From NCBI GenBank assembly GCA_036339875.1, contig JAYZAC010000043.1, positions 1-29,012 of the forward strand: a stretch of 29,012 nucleotides of DNA, in the 5' to 3' direction. The notes under the pieces were generated by a model. The model saw only the letters and a list, made by a program, of their open reading frames with translations, was not told the origin of the DNA and did no database searches. The stretch is from a bacterium (GTDB taxonomy: Bacteria > Muiribacteriota > UBA6191). This document shows positions 25,094-29,012 of this stretch, in pieces (positions within the stretch are counted from its first letter, which is position 1; every line of letters starts with the position of its first letter). A program made the translations under genes and the position numbers.

Positions 25094-26095
25094 TCACAAT
25101 CTTACAATTCCAACACTATCACGTACTTTTTCCAGAGTCTCCTCAGCCATATAAGAAGCCTTTTTAGCTCCATCTCTAAGTATATCAATTAATGTATCTG
25201 GGTCCCTCATTAACTGATGGTATCGATCCTGTATTGGTGCCAAAAAGTCTTTAACTTTCAATGCAGTAGCCACCTTCAAGTGTCCATATTGCTGATTTTT
25301 AAATTCCTCAACCACTTTGCTAAGACTTTCACCGGTGATCACTGAATAGATAGTCAAAAGATTCGATATACCAGCTTTATTCTGAGGGTCAAACTTAATC
25401 TCTGAACCTGAATCCGTAACTGAACTTTTAATTTTCTTTTCTATACGCTTCGGAGGGTCTAACAACCAAAGGTTAGCTTTTTCATTTTCGTCCGACTTAC
25501 TCATTTTAGACGACGGGTCCTGCAAAGACATAATTCGAGCACCAACTTCTGGTATAAAAGGCTCCGGTATCTTGAATACTTCATTATTAGCGTTAGAATT
25601 GAACCGCTGAGCTAGATCACGAGTTAACTCTAAATGCTGTTTTTGATCTTCGCCAACCGGAACGAGATCCGACTGATACAAAAGTATATCTGCCGCCATT
25701 AATACAGGATATGTTAACAAGCCAGCATTAATATTTTTGCTGTTTTTTTCAGCCTTCTCTTTGAATTGCGTCATGCGCTGTAATTCACCTAAACCTGTGT
25801 AACAATTAAGAATCCAAGCTAATTCAGCATGCTGTGGTACATGCCCCTGAATGAAAATAGTACTCCTATCAGGATCAATACCACAGGCTAAATATTGAGC
25901 AGTAAAAGAAAGACAGCGCTCTCTCAATTGTTGAGGATCAGGCTTGACCGTAAGTGAATGCAAATCCACTACCATGTATAAGCAGTGATAATCATCCTGC
26001 AAATTCACCCAGTTACGAATAGCCCCAATGTAAGTTCCTATATTAAGGTCACCTGTTGGTTGAATACCACTCAAAATTATCGGATTATTTGACAT
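25094..26095 (-). CDS. trpS: Tryptophan--tRNA ligase
   Basis: SGIQPTG.L.IG.Y.GA, RMTQFK.K, YPVLMAADILLY, VPVGEDQKQHLE and KMSKS; likely start ATG 26095 after GGGAG. Confidence 0.97.
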   Translation of the reverse strand: MSNNPIILSGIQPTGDLNIGTYIGAIRNWVNLQDDYHCLYMVVDLHSLTVKPDPQQLRERCLSFTAQYLACGIDPDRSTIFIQGHVPQHAELAWILNCYTGLGELQRMTQFKEKAEKNSKNINAGLLTYPVLMAADILLYQSDLVPVGEDQKQHLELTRDLAQRFNSNANNEVFKIPEPFIPEVGARIMSLQDPSSKMSKSDENEKANLWLLDPPKRIEKKIKSSVTDSGSEIKFDPQNKAGISNLLTIYSVITGESLSKVVEEFKNQQYGHLKVATALKVKDFLAPIQDRYHQLMRDPDTLIDILRDGAKKASYMAEETLEKVRDSVGIVRL

Positions 26096-26721
26096 CACCA
26101 CTCCCTGACACCAAAAACAGACTCAATGTATAAATCGAGATTTGAATTTGAATGCTCTAAAAATTCTTCAAGATTAAGCAAAGTATTCTTAATTTTCACA
26201 AAGACTAGTTCATCAAAACAGTCATTAAAAGAGCTACAATGTTCCTCAAACATATCTATCAAATCAATATTCTCTAAGAATTTTGGCGAAATTTGAATAA
26301 CTTCTCTCTCAACAACCTGAATCATACCTTCATCTAAAAATTCATTAAGCTGTCTACAACTTTTTTCCCAAATTTGTTGATCTCGTTTTAATAAATTACT
26401 TTGCAACTCATAAATAAACCAATTTCTCATGCTGGGCCAGTGAAAAAATAAAAGACCAAAATAACCGCTTGGTTTTAAGTCTTTTACTAAGCGATTTAAG
26501 CTATCGATCGAAGAAGGCATAACTGACAAATTAACTACAGCCAAATCGAACTTTCCAGAATTAGATGAGGTTTGATCTTCCAGCGACGACAAATTATTGC
26601 AACCCAGATTCAAAACACGCTGAGCTTTTCTAACACTTGAACAGTGAGAAATTTCTTTGTGCGAATATGTTTTAAGCAAATCACCGGGAATCCCGGATAA
26701 TCTAAACGATGTCATTGGCAA
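26095..26721 (-). CDS. Degenerate class I SAM-methyltransferase-like protein
   Basis: RVLNLGC (motif I remnant), KFDLAVVN and LKPSGYF; sits between pepA and trpS and overlaps both. Confidence 0.55.
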   Translation of the reverse strand: MPMTSFRLSGIPGDLLKTYSHKEISHCSSVRKAQRVLNLGCNNLSSLEDQTSSNSGKFDLAVVNLSVMPSSIDSLNRLVKDLKPSGYFGLLFFHWPSMRNWFIYELQSNLLKRDQQIWEKSCRQLNEFLDEGMIQVVEREVIQISPKFLENIDLIDMFEEHCSSFNDCFDELVFVKIKNTLLNLEEFLEHSNSNLDLYIESVFGVREW

Positions 26722-28237
26722 TTTTTTCTGCTGCTATTGCTATCGTTCGGGCAACTGTGCCAGAGGCGCCTTCCTTCGGTAGATAAGGCTTGAAATTATA
26801 CTGAGATGGAATATTCTCAACCCAAGCAGTACCTGCGATATCTAGATGACAAAATGGGGTATCTTCAGCGAATTCATTTAAGAAAATACCAGCCGTAGTT
26901 GCACCAGCAAGTCGGCTTCCTGAATTTGAAATATCAGCTACCGCACTATGTAAAATTACCCGATACTCTGGATCTAATGGTAATTCCCAAAGTAATTCAT
27001 CGCACTCATTGGCACTCTCTGTGACAATCGACTTTAGCTTCTCATCTCGACACATCAATCCCGTTCTCCAATGTCCCAGTGCACCTAGAACGGCTCCTGT
27101 TAGTGTCGCCGTATTTATTATCCGCTGTGCGCCATGCTCCTTTGCTAGGGCGATGGCATCAGCTAAAAGCAAGCGCCCCTCGGCATCCGTATTCTTAATT
27201 TCTACCGTTTTACCGCTATACATGTGTAATACATCCCCCGGCTTATAAGACTCAGGACCCAATAAGTTTTCCGAAGCTGGCACATAAATGTTGATGTTAA
27301 TTTTGGGCGCAAGTTTTCCAATGATTTCAGCAGCACCTATAACACCGGCGCCGCCACACATATCAAACTTCATTAAATGCATATTTTGCGCCGGTTTAAT
27401 TGAGATCCCACCGGCGTCGAAAGTTAAACCTTTCCCAATAATAGCCAAATGAATATTTTTATCATCTGGCTTACCTCGATAACGTAACTGAATCATCTTA
27501 CAGTTCTCGACACTACCTGCGGAAACTCCACAAATACCTCCAAAACCTCTAGCCTTTAGTTCTGGCTCATCAATTACAGAACATTCCATACCTACAGCTG
27601 AGGCAACTGTTTCAGCCTCTTTAGCCATCTGGCTAGGTGTCATAAAATTACCGGGGTGATTTGCAATCTGTCGAGCTCTGACGTTACCAAGCCCAAGAAT
27701 CTCGCCACGCTTAAGCCCTTCACCTAAAGACTGCTCATCAAAACCTTGACCGAGTACAACAAATTTACTCAATTTATCTTTGGATGCTTTCTTTTTGGAT
27801 TTATATTGCTCAAATCGGTTGAGTCCCATTATTAAACCTTCAGCAGTAACAACTCCCAGATTGAAAGAATCTAATGCTTTATATGGCTCCAACAAGAATG
27901 AGCTCTCCTGCTGCCCAGCCTTACGTGCAGTTCTGGCTCCCTTAGCAGCAAGAAATCTAACTGTATCCTGATTAAATTTTTCTCGCTTTCCACAGCCTAA
28001 GATAATTATTTTTTGTACAGGTAAATCAACTCTATGCAAAATATGAAATTCTTTAAGCTCACCACGAATTTCGCCACGATCAATAAGTTTCGATATCGTA
28101 CCTTCATACATCTGATCAAGCTGTTTACTCAACTCTCCTTCAAGACCTTCACCTTCGAAAAGACCTAATATCAGACCCTCGGTGACCAAGTCGTCTATTT
28201 TTGAATGCTTTAATTGTATAGCAAGATTAGAGCTCAT
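26702..28237 (-). CDS. pepA: Leucyl aminopeptidase (M17)
   Basis: GKGLTFDAGGISIK, MKFDMCG, NTDAEGRL.LAD, ATLTGA and HLDIAG; GGAGG SD. Confidence 0.97.
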   Translation of the reverse strand: MSSNLAIQLKHSKIDDLVTEGLILGLFEGEGLEGELSKQLDQMYEGTISKLIDRGEIRGELKEFHILHRVDLPVQKIIILGCGKREKFNQDTVRFLAAKGARTARKAGQQESSFLLEPYKALDSFNLGVVTAEGLIMGLNRFEQYKSKKKASKDKLSKFVVLGQGFDEQSLGEGLKRGEILGLGNVRARQIANHPGNFMTPSQMAKEAETVASAVGMECSVIDEPELKARGFGGICGVSAGSVENCKMIQLRYRGKPDDKNIHLAIIGKGLTFDAGGISIKPAQNMHLMKFDMCGGAGVIGAAEIIGKLAPKININIYVPASENLLGPESYKPGDVLHMYSGKTVEIKNTDAEGRLLLADAIALAKEHGAQRIINTATLTGAVLGALGHWRTGLMCRDEKLKSIVTESANECDELLWELPLDPEYRVILHSAVADISNSGSRLAGATTAGIFLNEFAEDTPFCHLDIAGTAWVENIPSQYNFKPYLPKEGASGTVARTIAIAAEKIANDIV

Positions 28238-28386
28238 AATTACCTCCGAAAATAATGTCTGGCATCATACTGCCAGAGCTGCTTAGAAGCAATAATTCCG
28301 TTTTAAAGAATAACGCTCCAAGCTGGAACTAATGGCTGACGAAATCATCTGAGACAAACATACTAAAGAAAAGGCATGATGAAATA

Positions 28387-28415
28387 TTGACAGGTAAACA
28401 AGCCAAAGATACAAT
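28387..28415 (+). promoter_or_regulatory. sigma70 promoter TTGACA-17-TACAAT for the ferredoxin gene
   Basis: Near-consensus boxes with a 17-nt spacer, ending 28 nt upstream of the ATG. Confidence 0.8.
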
Positions 28416-28443
28416 CGCGCCCTTGAGCGCCTAGGGGGACAAA

Positions 28444-28680
28444 ATGGCTGAAATTGAAAATAAATATGAAAATAATGCTAGTGGCAAATTTTATGTCGAT
28501 GACCAATGTATTGACTGCGATCTTTGTAGGTCCACAGCACCTGATAACTTCACTACTGAAGACGATATGGGATACTCTTACGTTTACAAGCAACCAGGCA
28601 ACGATGAAGAAATGGAGCTATGCATCGAAGCTATGGAAAACTGTCCCGTAGAAGCCATTGGAGATGATGGCGGGAACTAG
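28444..28680 (+). CDS. Single-cluster [4Fe-4S] ferredoxin
   Basis: CIDCDLC...AP..F and CPVEAI; acidic, 78 aa; GGGGGA SD. Confidence 0.93.
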   Translation: MAEIENKYENNASGKFYVDDQCIDCDLCRSTAPDNFTTEDDMGYSYVYKQPGNDEEMELCIEAMENCPVEAIGDDGGN

Positions 28681-28700
28681 TACATGTCTTTTTTGAAAGT

Positions 28701-28727
28701 AAGACCGACCGAGTTCGGTCTTTTTTT
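28701..28727 (+). terminator. Intrinsic terminator after the ferredoxin gene
   Basis: AAGACCGA-CCGAGT-TCGGTCTT followed by a T run. Confidence 0.8.
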
Positions 28728-28766
28728 GTTGAACTATAGCTGATCTAATTCGTGATCGATAGACAA

Positions 28767-29012
28767 CTAAGCTTGAAGGTCAATATTTAGTCTAGGTGGA
28801 GAAACTGGAACTACATTTATATCTATTCTAGTTGGACTTCCTTCCGTAGTAGTCGGTGGTCTGTAGTTAAAATCTATCGAGAATTGACTGTTTTCGAAGA
28901 CGTCAACTCTCCCTTCTTGAAAATCCACCGCCACCTTTCCTGGCTCTCCTATGTTTATAATTGGGCGATTCTTTGGAATCGCTGCTAGCTGTACCGATGG
29001 ACTGTAAACACC
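28767..29012 (-). CDS. C-terminal fragment of a hypothetical protein, possibly YviE/DUF6470-like
   Basis: Manual translation gives ...GVYSPSVQLAAIPKNRPIINIGEPGKVAVDFQEGRVDVFENSQFSIDFNYRPP...RLNIDLQA*, open from the edge. The family resemblance (IPKxRP, terminal ID.xA) is from memory and weak. Confidence 0.5.
   Translation of the reverse strand, partial: GVYSPSVQLAAIPKNRPIINIGEPGKVAVDFQEGRVDVFENSQFSIDFNYRPPTTTEGSPTRIDINVVPVSPPRLNIDLQA

Noticed and set aside
26030..26050. TrpS HIGH motif reads NIGT
   Set aside because: Bacterial TrpRS tolerates variants here (e.g. TIGN), and all other motifs including KMSKS are intact.
1..29012. CRISPR array, tRNA/rRNA, transposase, integrase or defence genes
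   Set aside because: Intergenic gaps are all under about 240 nt with no repeat-spacer pattern or cloverleaf that I could see, and no ORF shows such motifs.

Overview
A gene-dense, AT-rich chromosomal window from a bacterium I cannot place taxonomically; I see no mobile element, CRISPR array, tRNA or rRNA. From left to right it holds: (1) the 5' half of an F-type ATP synthase operon on the minus strand (atpZ-atpI-atpB-atpE(triple)-atpE-atpF'-atpF, cut by the window edge); (2) a secreted coiled-coil protein divergent from a HEAT-repeat/PilT-like ATPase fusion; (3) an arginase-led operon with a cupredoxin-like exported protein and a membrane protein frameshifted at a T10 run; (4) an anti-sigma/FecR gene behind a perfect sigmaW-type ECF promoter; (5) a partial dcw cluster (murD-ftsW-murG-murC-ORF-murB-ftsQ-ftsA-ftsZ); (6) acylphosphatase plus a TrpC-like protein convergent on pepA-MTase-like-trpS; (7) a ferredoxin. 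The best candidate for an unusual system is a Na+-type F0 with two c genes. One is a normal single hairpin with a full two-carboxylate Na+ site. The other is a 249-aa fusion of three hairpins in which only the first keeps the Glu, which suggests a heteromeric rotor with blank positions. Also notable are several intact full-length proteins that have lost their catalytic or metal-binding residues (PilT fusion, TrpC-like, cupredoxin-like, MTase-like). All family calls come from motif recognition by eye; no database search was run.
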